DNA from: an uncultured Chloroflexia bacterium
Lineage (GTDB): Bacteria > Chloroflexota > Limnocylindria > Limnocylindrales > CSP1-4
Assembly (NCBI GenBank): GCA_963713975.1
Contig: OY970218.1
Span: forward strand, 2,496,001-2,560,000
Direction of reading: 5' to 3'
Length of the DNA stretch: 64,000 nt
The translations under genes and the position numbers were made by a program. Positions within the stretch are counted from its first letter, which is position 1, and each line of letters starts with the position of its first letter. The notes beneath the pieces were generated by a model. It had not been told where the DNA came from. It did no database searches and saw only the letters and a list, made by a program, of their open reading frames with translations. Below, piece by piece: positions 9,041 through 18,156 of the stretch.

Positions 9041-9523
9041 ATCCGCCGCCTCGCGCACGACAGACAGCGGAACGGGCGCTCGGTTCGTACCAAGCCCAAG
9101 CAGCGTCTGGAATGCCAACTGGGGGTTGCCGCGGCGGTTGTGACGGAACACGAACTCATTGAGATACGCCTGCAGTTGAGCGCGGCTCACGCCGTGGAAC
9201 GTGCCGAGAAGCCACTGCTTCATGTTCCCCTCCTGCGTGAAGTCCGGGATTACCTCCATGCGGACGCGTCCAGAACCTGTGCCGCGGCGCTCGACGGCGA
9301 CGATCACGAGCGCCGCCTTGCGGCCTTTGAGTTGGCGGCTGCCCCGGAGTCCAGCTTGGGGGCCGCCGACCCACGTCTCGTCCATCTCGATGATCCCGCT
9401 CAACTTCTCGCGGTCCGGGACGACCATCGCCCGACGCAACTTGTGGAGGAGCAGCCAGGCGGCGTTGTAACTGAGGTCGAGTTGGAACGCGCGGAGTGAG
9501 AGCGGAAAATCGGGTCGTGCCAT
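9014..9523 (-). pseudogene. Internally deleted IS1595-family transposase
   Basis: AWLLLHKLRRAM, IEMDETWVGG, GTFHGVS..LQAYLNEFVFRHNRR are IS1595 motifs; only 169 aa, with no zinc ribbon and no central DDE segment. Confidence 0.85.
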
Positions 9524-9668
9524 GACTCGACCCTACATGTGGTGGTCTGCTGACACAACGGGGTAAGCACTCGACCGCTAGCAGGCCGGCGCCAGACCGA
9601 CGCGCGTTCGCGCAATCCGTGCAAGGATCGCGCCGGCGCACCGCGCAGGCCGGTGCCGGACGGAGGGG

Positions 9669-11345
9669 ATGAGCGTGATCGGTCGGGCGCGACCCGTGCT
9701 CGGTCGGGCGCGACCCGTCCTCGTCACCATCGCCAGCGTGATCCTGCCCGGATCGGGCCACCTTGCGATCGGCAAGCGACGCATCGCCCTGCTGTTCCTT
9801 GTTCCCACGATCCTCGTGATGCTGGCCGTCGCGGCGTGGGCGGCATCCAGCGGCGCCTTTGGCGTGGCCGCCGCGCTCGTCACGCCTGGCGCGCTGACCT
9901 TCCTGTTCGCGGCCAACATCCTCGTGGCGGGGTGGCGGACGTCCGCCGCCGTGGACGCGGTGGGGAGGACGTCACCCAGCCGGCCGGCGCTGGCGGGGTC
10001 CATCCTGGCGATCGTGATCCTGGTTGGAGTCCCGCACCTGCTTGCGGCCACCACCATCGTCGCCACGGAATCCTTCCTGGACGAGACGTTCGCCGGCATG
10101 GATCCCACATCCGGGCCCGACACCGCGGCCGCCGAGACGCCCGTCCCCGAGTTCACGGAGCCCCCAGAGGAGACCGAATCGCCACCCGGCATGACACCCG
10201 GGCCATCGCCGTCGGGCTCTGCCGTCCCAACCCCGTCACCGACACCCGTGATCCCGCCCTACCCGAAGGACGGAGGAAACGGGACGCTCCCGGCGTTCGG
10301 CGTGTCCGTGCCATGGCAGCGCGCGGGTGTGGAGCCGTGGGGCAACGACGGGCGGTTCGACCTGCTCCTGATCGGGTCCGACGCCGGTGCCGGCCGCTGG
10401 AGCCGGCGCAACGACACGATGCTCCTGGTCGAGGTGGACGTGGCGACGGGCAAGACCGCGATGATCGGCCTGCCGCGCAACCTGCAGAACGCGCCATACC
10501 CGCCCGGGCCGGCGCGCGACGCGTCCGCCTGTGGCTGTCAGCCAGGGCTGCTCAACGAGATGTACGTCGAGGCGACGGGGCGCAACCCGGGTCTCTGGCC
10601 GGGCAAGGGGGCGGTCAAGGGGATCGGGGCGATCCGGTCGGTCGTGAGCACCCTCACCGGCCGTCCCATCGACGCCGTGCTGATCGTGGACCTCATCGGC
10701 GTCGTCCGGGTCGTGGACGCGATGGGCGGCGTGGACATCAACGTTCCCGAGGCCGTCGTCGACGACTCGTATCCGGATCCCGGCCGGGGCAAGATCAAGC
10801 TGCGCATCAAGGCCGGCAAGCAGCACTTCGACGGGCGGGAAGCGCTCGCCTACGCCCGCAGCCGCCACATGGACAGCGACTACGGCCGGATGGAGCGCCA
10901 GCAGTTCCTGTTGCTGGCCATGCGCCAGCAGCTGGGACCGTCGGTGATCCTCAATGCCCCCGCCCTGTTCGCCGCAGCCAAGGGAGCCGCCTGGACCGAC
11001 CTCCCGCGCGAGAGCCTGCCTGCCCTGGTGGAGCTGTTCGGCAGGACGGCGGACGTCAAGGTCAAGCAGTTGCGGATCGTGCCGCCCCGCTACCCGTCGT
11101 GGATGACCGCCGCCTGGGTCAACCAGGTCCGGAAGGACGTGGCGGCCCTCATCCCGGGACTGCCGGAGCCGCGCCGGATCAGCGTGCCGCGTCCGGTGGC
11201 AACGCCGCGACCCACGCCCAAGCCGACCCCGAAGCCCACTGCGAAGCCGTCCGTGAAGCCCACCAGCACGCCGGCGGAATCGACCCCGGAGCCCACGCCG
11301 AAGCCGACGGCGGAACCGACCCCGGAGCCCACGCCCGAGCCCTGA
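9669..11345 (+). CDS. LytR-CpsA-Psr (LCP) family glycopolymer-peptidoglycan ligase
   Basis: LLIGSD, RNDTMLL, LPRN, ALAYARSRH, SDYGRMERQQ; N-terminal TM helices; PT/PK-rich tail. Confidence 0.92.
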   Translation: MSVIGRARPVLGRARPVLVTIASVILPGSGHLAIGKRRIALLFLVPTILVMLAVAAWAASSGAFGVAAALVTPGALTFLFAANILVAGWRTSAAVDAVGRTSPSRPALAGSILAIVILVGVPHLLAATTIVATESFLDETFAGMDPTSGPDTAAAETPVPEFTEPPEETESPPGMTPGPSPSGSAVPTPSPTPVIPPYPKDGGNGTLPAFGVSVPWQRAGVEPWGNDGRFDLLLIGSDAGAGRWSRRNDTMLLVEVDVATGKTAMIGLPRNLQNAPYPPGPARDASACGCQPGLLNEMYVEATGRNPGLWPGKGAVKGIGAIRSVVSTLTGRPIDAVLIVDLIGVVRVVDAMGGVDINVPEAVVDDSYPDPGRGKIKLRIKAGKQHFDGREALAYARSRHMDSDYGRMERQQFLLLAMRQQLGPSVILNAPALFAAAKGAAWTDLPRESLPALVELFGRTADVKVKQLRIVPPRYPSWMTAAWVNQVRKDVAALIPGLPEPRRISVPRPVATPRPTPKPTPKPTAKPSVKPTSTPAESTPEPTPKPTAEPTPEPTPEP

Positions 11346-11351
11346 CGCCGA

Positions 11352-11588
11352 CTACCCCTTCTGGGACATCTGCTTGTCGACTTCCTTCTGGATCTGGTCG
11401 TCGCGCCGGGCCTTGACGCGCCGGGCCAGGAACAGCCCGATGATCCACGGCCACAGCAGGGCAACAATGGCGCCGATCACGACCGCCGCACCGTACTTGA
11501 TCGTCGTGTCGTCGTTCATCGCAAACATGGCCGCCAGGAGCAGGTACGTGACCAGCGCCCCAAGAATGATCCCGATCACCCGATGCAT
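11352..11588 (-). CDS. Small two-TM membrane protein
   Basis: GGAGGA RBS, ATG 11588, two hydrophobic segments and a charged tail, GC3-rich codons. Confidence 0.7.
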   Translation of the reverse strand: MHRVIGIILGALVTYLLLAAMFAMNDDTTIKYGAAVVIGAIVALLWPWIIGLFLARRVKARRDDQIQKEVDKQMSQKG

Positions 11589-11702
11589 GACATCCTCCAC
11601 CTCGTACCCGCCAACGCGGGAGTCCAGTATCGGGCTTCGGCACGTGGGCGGGAGGGCGTCGCCGACACCCGGCGGCGCCATCGACCTGACCAAGGAGGCA
11701 GC

Positions 11703-12038
11703 ATGATCGTGTGCGTCCCGGTGACCCCGGACGGCCAGGTTGACCCGCGCTGGGGCCGCGCGCCCCGGGTGGCGGTGGCGCGCCTGGACGACGGCACCAT
11801 CGCTTCATGGGACGAGCATGACGTGGCCTGGGACGTGCTCCACGATGTCGGCACCGAGGGTGGCCATCACGCCCGCGTCGCCCGGTTCCTCGCCGATCAC
11901 GGCGTGGAGGTGGTCGTCGCCGGGCACATGGGTCCGCCGATGGTCCAGATGCTGGGCAAGATGCGGATCATCGCGAAGCTCGGTGTCGAAGGTGACGCCC
12001 GGCATGCCGTCGAGGGTGTGGCCCGACTCGACGCGTAG
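11703..12038 (+). CDS. NifB/NifX-family (dinitrogenase FeMo-cofactor domain) protein
   Basis: MIVCVPV...VDPRWGRAP...GVEVVVAGHMG; AAGGAGG RBS. Confidence 0.8.
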   Translation: MIVCVPVTPDGQVDPRWGRAPRVAVARLDDGTIASWDEHDVAWDVLHDVGTEGGHHARVARFLADHGVEVVVAGHMGPPMVQMLGKMRIIAKLGVEGDARHAVEGVARLDA

Positions 12039-12082
12039 CGTGCGCCCGACGGGACGGCGGCGAGTGGTCAACCGGCCGACGA

Positions 12083-12868
12083 TCAGATCGGGACGGTGAA
12101 CGCCACCACCACCACCGCGATCGACGCGAAGATCTCCACGATGCCCACGTGGACGGGCCGCATCGGGCGGGGTCCCCGGGCCATCCGGCGCTGGGCCAGC
12201 GGCAGGCCGATCGCCCTGGCCGTGAGCCCGGCCGCCAGGACCGCGTACGCCGGCGGCAGCCAGACAGCGGCGATGACGATCAGCGCGACGTGGAACCCGA
12301 CCGACAGCCTCGCGAACGCCTCGTTGCCGCGCTCCCGCAGGACCGAGCGCACCACCAGCACCGTCCCAACCTGGTAGCCCGCCAGGACCAGCGTGTACGG
12401 GATGACCCGATCCAGCTCGAACACGCCCGACACGTACGCCGTCGCCGGCAACAGGACCAAGGCCTGCGCCACCTGGACGAGGCTGTTGGCGAGGTCGCGC
12501 CGCGTCCCGGGTTGGGCACCACGGAACACGATGATGCCGGCCGGCACGACCACGATCGCCGCCAGCGCCAGGGCCGGGAAGACCACCAGCAGCAGGACCC
12601 CGAGGATGGCCGCGATCGTCCCGTAGACGGCGATCGGCAGCCGGTATGCAGGCGGGCGACGGGCTCGCGACCACGCCTGGAGCGTCGCGGAGGCGAGGTA
12701 GGCGGCCAGGGCGAGCGCGGCCACGGCGAGCTGCCACGGGTTGGGCGTGCTGGCTGCGACGCCGAGCAGGACCGGGACCAGGAGCATCGCCCAGGCGCCA
12801 TGCTGGCGCGGGATCCACAGCCGGTGGGCAGCGATGGGCCGAGCCTCGGTGCGCGGGACGGTGGTCAT
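12083..12868 (-). CDS. YwiC-like integral membrane protein
   Basis: WIPRQHGAWAMLLVP N-terminal motif, multiple TM helices, VGIVEI near the C-terminus. Confidence 0.8.
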   Translation of the reverse strand: MTTVPRTEARPIAAHRLWIPRQHGAWAMLLVPVLLGVAASTPNPWQLAVAALALAAYLASATLQAWSRARRPPAYRLPIAVYGTIAAILGVLLLVVFPALALAAIVVVPAGIIVFRGAQPGTRRDLANSLVQVAQALVLLPATAYVSGVFELDRVIPYTLVLAGYQVGTVLVVRSVLRERGNEAFARLSVGFHVALIVIAAVWLPPAYAVLAAGLTARAIGLPLAQRRMARGPRPMRPVHVGIVEIFASIAVVVVAFTVPI

Positions 12869-12931
12869 GGGATCACGCTAGCGCACCGCGGGCGCCGACG
12901 CCGGGCGCGCGCCAACGGCGCGTGTCGCCCA

Positions 12932-13079
12932 CCGGTTGAACGGTCGGGTGCCACCCGGTTCACGCCGCTAGCCGGCACGCTTGTCGGGTGGCTGGGCCCT
13001 GCGCGGCTCCGCGAGCCGACGAATGTGCCGGTGAGCGGCCGGAATCGCGCTCCACCCGATGGTTGAACCGCCTGGCGGC
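12932..13079 (+). repeat. Dispersed ~140-bp palindromic intergenic repeat, copy B
   Basis: GGTTGAACGGTCGGGTG...GCCGCT...CGGCAC...GTCGG / CCGAC...GTGCCG...AGCGGC...CACCCGATGGTTGAACC. Confidence 0.7.
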
Positions 13080-13148
13080 TCAGCTGGCGCCTGGCGGCTC
13101 AGCTGGCGCCTGGCGGCTCAGGCGGCGCCTGGCGGCTCAGGCGGCGCC
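13070..13148. repeat. 19-bp tandem repeat (about 4 copies)
   Basis: GCCTGGCGGCTCAG(CT/GC)GGC repeated head to tail. Confidence 0.8.
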
Positions 13149-13175
13149 AGGTGCCCCACGCCGCCCACGCCCCGG

Positions 13176-14618
13176 CTACCCGCCCTGCGGGTCCTGGATC
13201 CACGCCGCCAGGTCCGCGACCAGCTCCGGCGCCACGTGCCCGGGCACCGCGTACTCCGCCGGCCGACTGGGACCCGAACCGGACATCAGCAGGTGGTTGA
13301 GCGCCGGGTACTCGTGGATCGCGACGTCATCGCGCCCCGCCAGCGCCGTGCGCCACGCGGCCAGCTCGGTCGGTGGCACCTGGTAGTCCCGACCACCCTG
13401 GGAGATGAAGATCGGGATCGCCAACTCCTTGGCCGTCGCGGCCGGATCGTACGTGCGGAGGTCCAACAGGTACGGCGCCGGGATGCCGAGCGGAAGGTCG
13501 GTCGCCGGCGTCGTCGGTGACAGGTCGGGCGACTCCGCGAGGGCCACCTTGTCCGCGAGGCCATCGAGCATCGCGGCCGCCTGGGGGTCTGCGCCCCCGT
13601 CCGGGGAGGCGAGGTATGTGATCTGGTCCAGGATCAGACTCGGAAGCGAGGACGTGTTCGCCTCGAGGAGGGCGATTCCGGCAACCTTGTCCTCGGCCTG
13701 TGCCGCGATCCGGGGCGCGAGGTGGCCGCCCAGGCTGTGGCCGGCGACGAAGACCCGGCCCGGGTCAACGCCGGGCGTCTGCCGGAGCTGGTCGATCGCG
13801 GCGAGGGCATCGTCGATCGTCTCCTCCTTGACCGTGATGCTCGGGCCCGCAGCTGCCATCTCGGTCCCGTACGCCTTCGTCCGCTTGTCGTAGCGGAGGA
13901 CGGCGATCCCGGACGAGGCCAGACCCCAGGCGAGGTCCCGCAATGGCGCGTTCGGCCCGATCGTCTCGTCGCGGTCATTCTGCCCGGAGCCCGCCAGCAG
14001 CACGACGGCCGGGAAGGGACCGTCGCCCGTGGGCATCGAGAGCGTGCCCGGCAGGACCCACGGCGCCGTACCGACGGTCACCTCGGTCTCGGTGAACGCG
14101 TCGGGCCGCACGTAGGCGGCGGGGGAGGGGACGGCGGACGACGAGCCCGACGGTGCCGCGGAGCTCGCCGGTCCCGGCTCGCCCAGGTGGAGGCCCGCGA
14201 CCAGCCCGTCGGCATCCACGGTGACCACCATCGGCAGCGTGGCGTTCGCGAATGCCACCTGCACCGTCGCGTTCGTGTACGGCGCCTGCTCCGCAGTCGT
14301 CACCTCGCCGATGCTGCCGAAGTCGCCGAACTGGCCCGTGAGCTGCCCCCACAGCTGGGCGAGCGATGCGGCCGGGGCCGCCTTGCGCATGGTGTCGCCC
14401 TCCATCGCCTCGGCGGCGACGAGGTCACCGCGGGCGAGGGCATCGATGAAGGCACGGCCGATGGCGGCGGGATCGCCGGATCCCGGGGCGGCCAGGGACG
14501 CACCTCCTGATGGCGCGGCCGCGCTCGGCGACGCCTCCTCGGGCGGCTGGCTGGCCGTGCCCGAGGCACATGCGGCGAGGATGAGCGAGACAACGGCGAC
14601 GAGCATCAGGCGAACCAC
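13176..14618 (-). CDS. Lipoprotein alpha/beta hydrolase with DUF3887-like N-terminal domain
   Basis: Lipobox LAAC, GSGQNDRDE, GHSLGG nucleophile elbow, QGGRDYQV, LNHL; TGGAGG RBS before GTG 14618. Confidence 0.85.
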   Translation of the reverse strand: MVRLMLVAVVSLILAACASGTASQPPEEASPSAAAPSGGASLAAPGSGDPAAIGRAFIDALARGDLVAAEAMEGDTMRKAAPAASLAQLWGQLTGQFGDFGSIGEVTTAEQAPYTNATVQVAFANATLPMVVTVDADGLVAGLHLGEPGPASSAAPSGSSSAVPSPAAYVRPDAFTETEVTVGTAPWVLPGTLSMPTGDGPFPAVVLLAGSGQNDRDETIGPNAPLRDLAWGLASSGIAVLRYDKRTKAYGTEMAAAGPSITVKEETIDDALAAIDQLRQTPGVDPGRVFVAGHSLGGHLAPRIAAQAEDKVAGIALLEANTSSLPSLILDQITYLASPDGGADPQAAAMLDGLADKVALAESPDLSPTTPATDLPLGIPAPYLLDLRTYDPAATAKELAIPIFISQGGRDYQVPPTELAAWRTALAGRDDVAIHEYPALNHLLMSGSGPSRPAEYAVPGHVAPELVADLAAWIQDPQGG

Positions 14619-14769
14619 GGTGAACCTCCAATGCCTGACATGATGCCCCGGGCTCGCAGGGCTCGCCGGGATGGGGGTGCCGGGATGGGGTGCCGGCTTG
14701 CCCCGGACCCGGCCACTCGTCCCGGACTGGTCGTGACACGTGGCCCTCACCCGCGACGTGTCGTCTATC

Positions 14770-14784
14770 TATGCTATTGGCATA
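14770..14784. promoter_or_regulatory. Palindrome TATGC-N5-GCATA overlapping the putative -10 box and start codon of the PadR gene (possible autoregulatory operator)
   Basis: AT-rich inverted repeat in a GC-rich background, directly at the start of a PadR-family gene. Confidence 0.4.
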
Positions 14785-15206
14785 TGAATGACGAAACCCG
14801 CCACACACGCCACCACGGCAACGAGCCGCACGGGCACCACGGCCACCAGGGCTGGGTTCGCCAGGGCGGCAGGCGCGGTCGCTGGCTGGAGCCGTTCCTG
14901 CTGCTGCTGGTCGCCGAGGACGAGGCGCACGGGTACTCCCTCATCCGCCAGCTGAACGACCTCGGGGTTGCACCCGGTGAGGTTGACGTGGGGATGGTCT
15001 ATCGGACGCTGCGCGAGCTTGAGGCGGAAGGCCTCATCGAGTCGACCTGGGCCGCCGAGAGTGGCGCGCCGCGACGCGACTACCGCGTGACGCCCGATGG
15101 GAGGCTGGCCCTTGCGGAGTGGGCTGCTGTCATGGATGAACGGGCACGGCTGATCGCCGAATTCCAGCCGCGCTATGCGCGCCTTGGGGCGCGCGAAGGA
15201 GGTTGA
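14784..15206 (+). CDS. PadR-family transcriptional regulator with His-rich N-terminus
   Basis: AHGYSLI...VYRTLRELEAEGLIES.W...RRDYRVTPDG. Confidence 0.9.
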   Translation: MNDETRHTRHHGNEPHGHHGHQGWVRQGGRRGRWLEPFLLLLVAEDEAHGYSLIRQLNDLGVAPGEVDVGMVYRTLRELEAEGLIESTWAAESGAPRRDYRVTPDGRLALAEWAAVMDERARLIAEFQPRYARLGAREGG

Positions 15207-15207
15207 T

Positions 15208-15432
15208 ATGGGTTGCCGGCATGGATGCGAGCACGACTGGTACGAGGACGGGGAGTGGCAGGTGCGTCGTCGGCCGGCCCGGCGCTGGGCGTCGGGGGAC
15301 GAGGAGCGCACCGCGGTGGACCAGCGCCCTGCAACAGCGGCCCTCGAGGGGAGGCTGGACGACCTCCAGGAGGAGCTCGGCCAGATCAAGGCGATGCTCG
15401 CGGAGGCGGCGCTGACGAGAGGGACGGGATGA
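15208..15432 (+). CDS. Small hypothetical protein with Cys/His N-terminus and C-terminal coiled coil
   Basis: AAGGAGG RBS; MGCRHGCEH...LEGRLDDLQEELGQIKAML; stop overlaps the next start. Confidence 0.6.
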   Translation: MGCRHGCEHDWYEDGEWQVRRRPARRWASGDEERTAVDQRPATAALEGRLDDLQEELGQIKAMLAEAALTRGTG

Positions 15433-15953
15433 TGACCACATATGCCACCGTCTCCCACGCGCACCACGACCAGCTGCACAGGATCGTGGACCAGCTCAAC
15501 ACCCTGGGCGACTGCTCGGACGGTGACTGCCTGGACACGACCAGGCTGATCACGGCGAGGCCGGCCATCGAGGAGATCTACGAGGGCCTCCGCACGCGGC
15601 TCCTCCCGCACATGGAGGCCGTCGAGGCCGCCGTCTACCCGACCCTGGAGCGGCTGCTGTGCGATCGCGTCGCCACGGTGATGATGCGGCACGACCACGA
15701 CGAGATCCGCCGCCTGTCGTTCGCCATCGGGGGCTTCGTGGAGCACCCCGAGGCGGAGGTCAACCGTGGCACCGTCCTGCTGATGCGCCGGTCCCTGCTG
15801 CGGTTGTACGCGATCCTCAAGGCGCACCTCGCGGAGGAGGAGCTCTACGTCCCGATCCTCGAGGGCACCATGTCCAGCGCCCAGGCGGCGGAGATCGTGG
15901 TCGCCCTCGACCACGTTGCCGCCAGGAACCAAATCGCAGCGGGCGTCGCCTGA
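15429..15953 (+). CDS. Hemerythrin (HHE) domain protein
   Basis: HHDQL...HMEAVEAAVYP...DHDEI...HLAEEELYVP. Confidence 0.82.
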   Translation: MMTTYATVSHAHHDQLHRIVDQLNTLGDCSDGDCLDTTRLITARPAIEEIYEGLRTRLLPHMEAVEAAVYPTLERLLCDRVATVMMRHDHDEIRRLSFAIGGFVEHPEAEVNRGTVLLMRRSLLRLYAILKAHLAEEELYVPILEGTMSSAQAAEIVVALDHVAARNQIAAGVA

Positions 15954-15997
15954 CGCTCGCGCACCTGCACGCACCCCTTACCAGGAGCAAGCCACCC

Positions 15998-16387
15998 ATG
16001 AAGATCGCCATCGTCACCGACGACGGACAGACCATCAGCGCCCACTTCGGCCGGGCCCGCGCCTACGCGGTGCTCACCGTCCGGGACGGTGAGGTGGTGG
16101 AGCGGGAGATGCGGCCCAAGTCGGCGCCGCACCTCGATCGCCAGCCCGGCCACGACGACGGGGACGCGTCACACGACGGTCCGGCCGCACACGCCCGTCA
16201 CGACCAGATGATCGCCCCCATCGCAGACTGCACCTACCTGATCGCGCGGGGGATGGGCCGCGGCGCCTACGACCGGATCACCCAGGCCGGGATCCAGGCG
16301 ATCGTCACCGACATCGTCCACGCGGACGAGGCGGCCCTCGCCTGCGCCGGCGGGACCATCGGGAACCTGGTGGACCGGCTCCACTGA
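15998..16387 (+). CDS. NifB/NifX-family protein
   Basis: MKIAIVTDDGQTISAHFGRA...His-rich loop...DCTYLIARGMGRGA; AGGAG RBS. Confidence 0.85.
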   Translation: MKIAIVTDDGQTISAHFGRARAYAVLTVRDGEVVEREMRPKSAPHLDRQPGHDDGDASHDGPAAHARHDQMIAPIADCTYLIARGMGRGAYDRITQAGIQAIVTDIVHADEAALACAGGTIGNLVDRLH

Positions 16388-16497
16388 ACCCGGACCGGCT
16401 CCACTGAACCCGGCCGGTGTGCCGGGGCACCACAGCCGGTGCCGCTACCGCCGTTCGGCCCCTTGCGCGCCGTCCCACACGGTGGTACAGGTGTGGC

Positions 16498-17031
16498 ATG
16501 ACGCTCACCTCGATGCACTTCCACGTGCCGCGCCGGCTCCCGGTGCTCCTGCTCGCGCTCGCCGTCATGGGGTCATTCGCCGCGGCCAGCCCCTCGACCA
16601 CCGATGGGCGCACCTATGTCAAGGTGTCCAGCCTGACCCGCGCGACCAAGGTGGATCGTGTGGTCGCCTCGCGCGTCAACATCAACCTGCCCATCCGCAA
16701 CGGCGTGATCGGCGGGACGGTGCGGGAGCGGATCGCCTACCACTACCCGGGAACCTCGTGGCCGGGCGGGGACTCGAACACCTACTTCTACGCGCATGCG
16801 CGCGTCGGATCGTTCCTCAACCTCAAGAAGATGCGCGTCGGCGACATCGTGCGCCTGCACCTGGTGTCGGGGGGCTGGGTCCGCTACAAGGTGACCCTGG
16901 TCAAGCGGGTCCGCTGGAACGACGGCAAGTGGACGCTGCTCACCTCGTCGGAGCGACTCACGCTCCAGACCTGCACAGGCAACACCAAGACCGCGGACCG
17001 TCTCGTCGTGGTGGCCAAGCCCCTCGATTGA
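16498..17031 (+). CDS. Sortase (canonical His-Cys-Arg triad)
   Basis: N-terminal hydrophobic segment; YAHAR, TLQTC, DRLVVVA. Confidence 0.85.
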   Translation: MTLTSMHFHVPRRLPVLLLALAVMGSFAAASPSTTDGRTYVKVSSLTRATKVDRVVASRVNINLPIRNGVIGGTVRERIAYHYPGTSWPGGDSNTYFYAHARVGSFLNLKKMRVGDIVRLHLVSGGWVRYKVTLVKRVRWNDGKWTLLTSSERLTLQTCTGNTKTADRLVVVAKPLD

Positions 17032-17054
17032 CGCTGCGCGGATCGGCCCGTCGC

Positions 17055-17453
17055 TCAGGATCCGTTGACGGCCGGGGCCAGGCCCGCGGCGACGAGATCC
17101 GCGTCGAACGCGAACGCACGCCCGATCCCGTGACGCGCCGCGAACGCGATGCTCACGCGATCCACGAAGCTGGTACCGCCACCGATCCGGCGAACTTCTG
17201 ACAGGCACGCCTCGTGGAGGGGTCGATTGACCATCTCCACCCGCACCCCCGGCAGGAGATCGTCGACGAGGGCGACGATGGCCGCCGCCCCGAGCCGGGA
17301 CCGCACCAGTGCCACGGTCTCGACGACCACGTAGGCGTGGGTGACGAGATCCTCGTCGTCGGGATCCGTCCAGAAGGCAACGGCAGCCTCGTGATGCGCA
17401 TCGCTCCGGTCGAGCAGGGCATACAGCGCGCTGGTATCCACCACGACGCTCAC
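17055..17453 (-). CDS. vapC: VapC-type PIN domain toxin
   Basis: VDTSALYA, VVVET, SFVDRVS, FAFDADL conserved acidic residues. Confidence 0.85.
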   Translation of the reverse strand: MSVVVDTSALYALLDRSDAHHEAAVAFWTDPDDEDLVTHAYVVVETVALVRSRLGAAAIVALVDDLLPGVRVEMVNRPLHEACLSEVRRIGGGTSFVDRVSIAFAARHGIGRAFAFDADLVAAGLAPAVNGS

Positions 17454-17692
17454 CACGAACCCTCGCCCAGGATCTCGTCGTGGCGCTCGGAGATGTCACT
17501 GCGCCCCGAGTCGAAGGTCCCAAGGACCGCCAGGGACCGACTGCGAGCGGCCCGGCGCGTCTCCAGGTCATCGGGGAACGTGGCGTCGACCGCCTCCCGG
17601 ACGAGCGCTCCGATGCTCGTGCGACGGCGTGCACCCTCGCGGGCAAGCCGCGCGTGCTGGGAATCCGTCAGTCCGATCGGTATGCGCCGCAC
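17450..17692 (-). CDS. CopG/RHH-type antitoxin (VapB-like)
   Basis: RRIPIGL...SIGALVREAV, SGRSDISERHDEIL; 4-nt overlap upstream of the PIN gene. Confidence 0.78.
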   Translation of the reverse strand: MRRIPIGLTDSQHARLAREGARRRTSIGALVREAVDATFPDDLETRRAARSRSLAVLGTFDSGRSDISERHDEILGEGSW

Positions 17693-17736
17693 GATGAAAT
17701 GATACCGCATGGGGTAGATCTGATATCACTGAGCGC

Positions 17737-18156
17737 CTATATCGGCCGCGTGCGGCGACGCAGGTGCACGGCGCCGGCGATCACCCCGACCGCGATCAGC
17801 GCCCCCGCCGCATCGATGGCGACATCGACCGCCGATGCATGCCGCCCGGAGACGACCGCCTGGTGGAGCTCGTCCGTCACGGCGTACAGGATCGTCAGCA
17901 GGAGCGCCCAGGCCCGCGGTCGACGCGTGCGGGTCGTCGTTGCGATGGCATGCCACACGAGCAGCGCAAGGATCCCGAACACGGCGGTGTGACCCAGCTT
18001 GCGCAGCGCGAAGTCGGCCGAGTCATCGGGGAGGAACCGCAGGTTCGCCTGCGCCGAGAACGCGAAGATGAGCGCCGCCCAGGCGACCGCTGGTGCCCAC
18101 GCGCGCAAGGCACCGCGATGCGCACCGGGGGGCTTGAGGCGACGCGTCGAGGCCAT
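17737..18156 (-). CDS. VanZ-family membrane protein
   Basis: RKLGHTAVFGIL, YAVTDELHQ, GRHASAVDVAID. Confidence 0.88.
   Translation of the reverse strand: MASTRRLKPPGAHRGALRAWAPAVAWAALIFAFSAQANLRFLPDDSADFALRKLGHTAVFGILALLVWHAIATTTRTRRPRAWALLLTILYAVTDELHQAVVSGRHASAVDVAIDAAGALIAVGVIAGAVHLRRRTRPI

Larger units (their letters stand above)
8197..9571 (-). mobile_element. Non-autonomous IS1595-family element with passenger gene
   Basis: 32-bp terminal IRs 8197-8228 (AGTGCTTACCACGTTGTGTCAGCAGACCACCA) and 9540-9571 (1 mismatch), flanked by the 8-bp direct repeat CGACCGCT at 8189-8196 and 9572-9579; contains a transposase remnant. Confidence 0.9.

Noticed and set aside
13070-13148. 19-bp repeats as a mini-CRISPR or iterons
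   Set aside because: Head-to-tail with no spacers and no rep or cas gene nearby.
11703-16387. Nitrogen fixation cluster
   Set aside because: Only stand-alone NifB/NifX-like domains; no nifHDK, nifEN or radical-SAM NifB.
17737-18156. Glycopeptide resistance locus
   Set aside because: A lone VanZ-family gene without vanHAX/RS; such genes are common near surface-polysaccharide loci.
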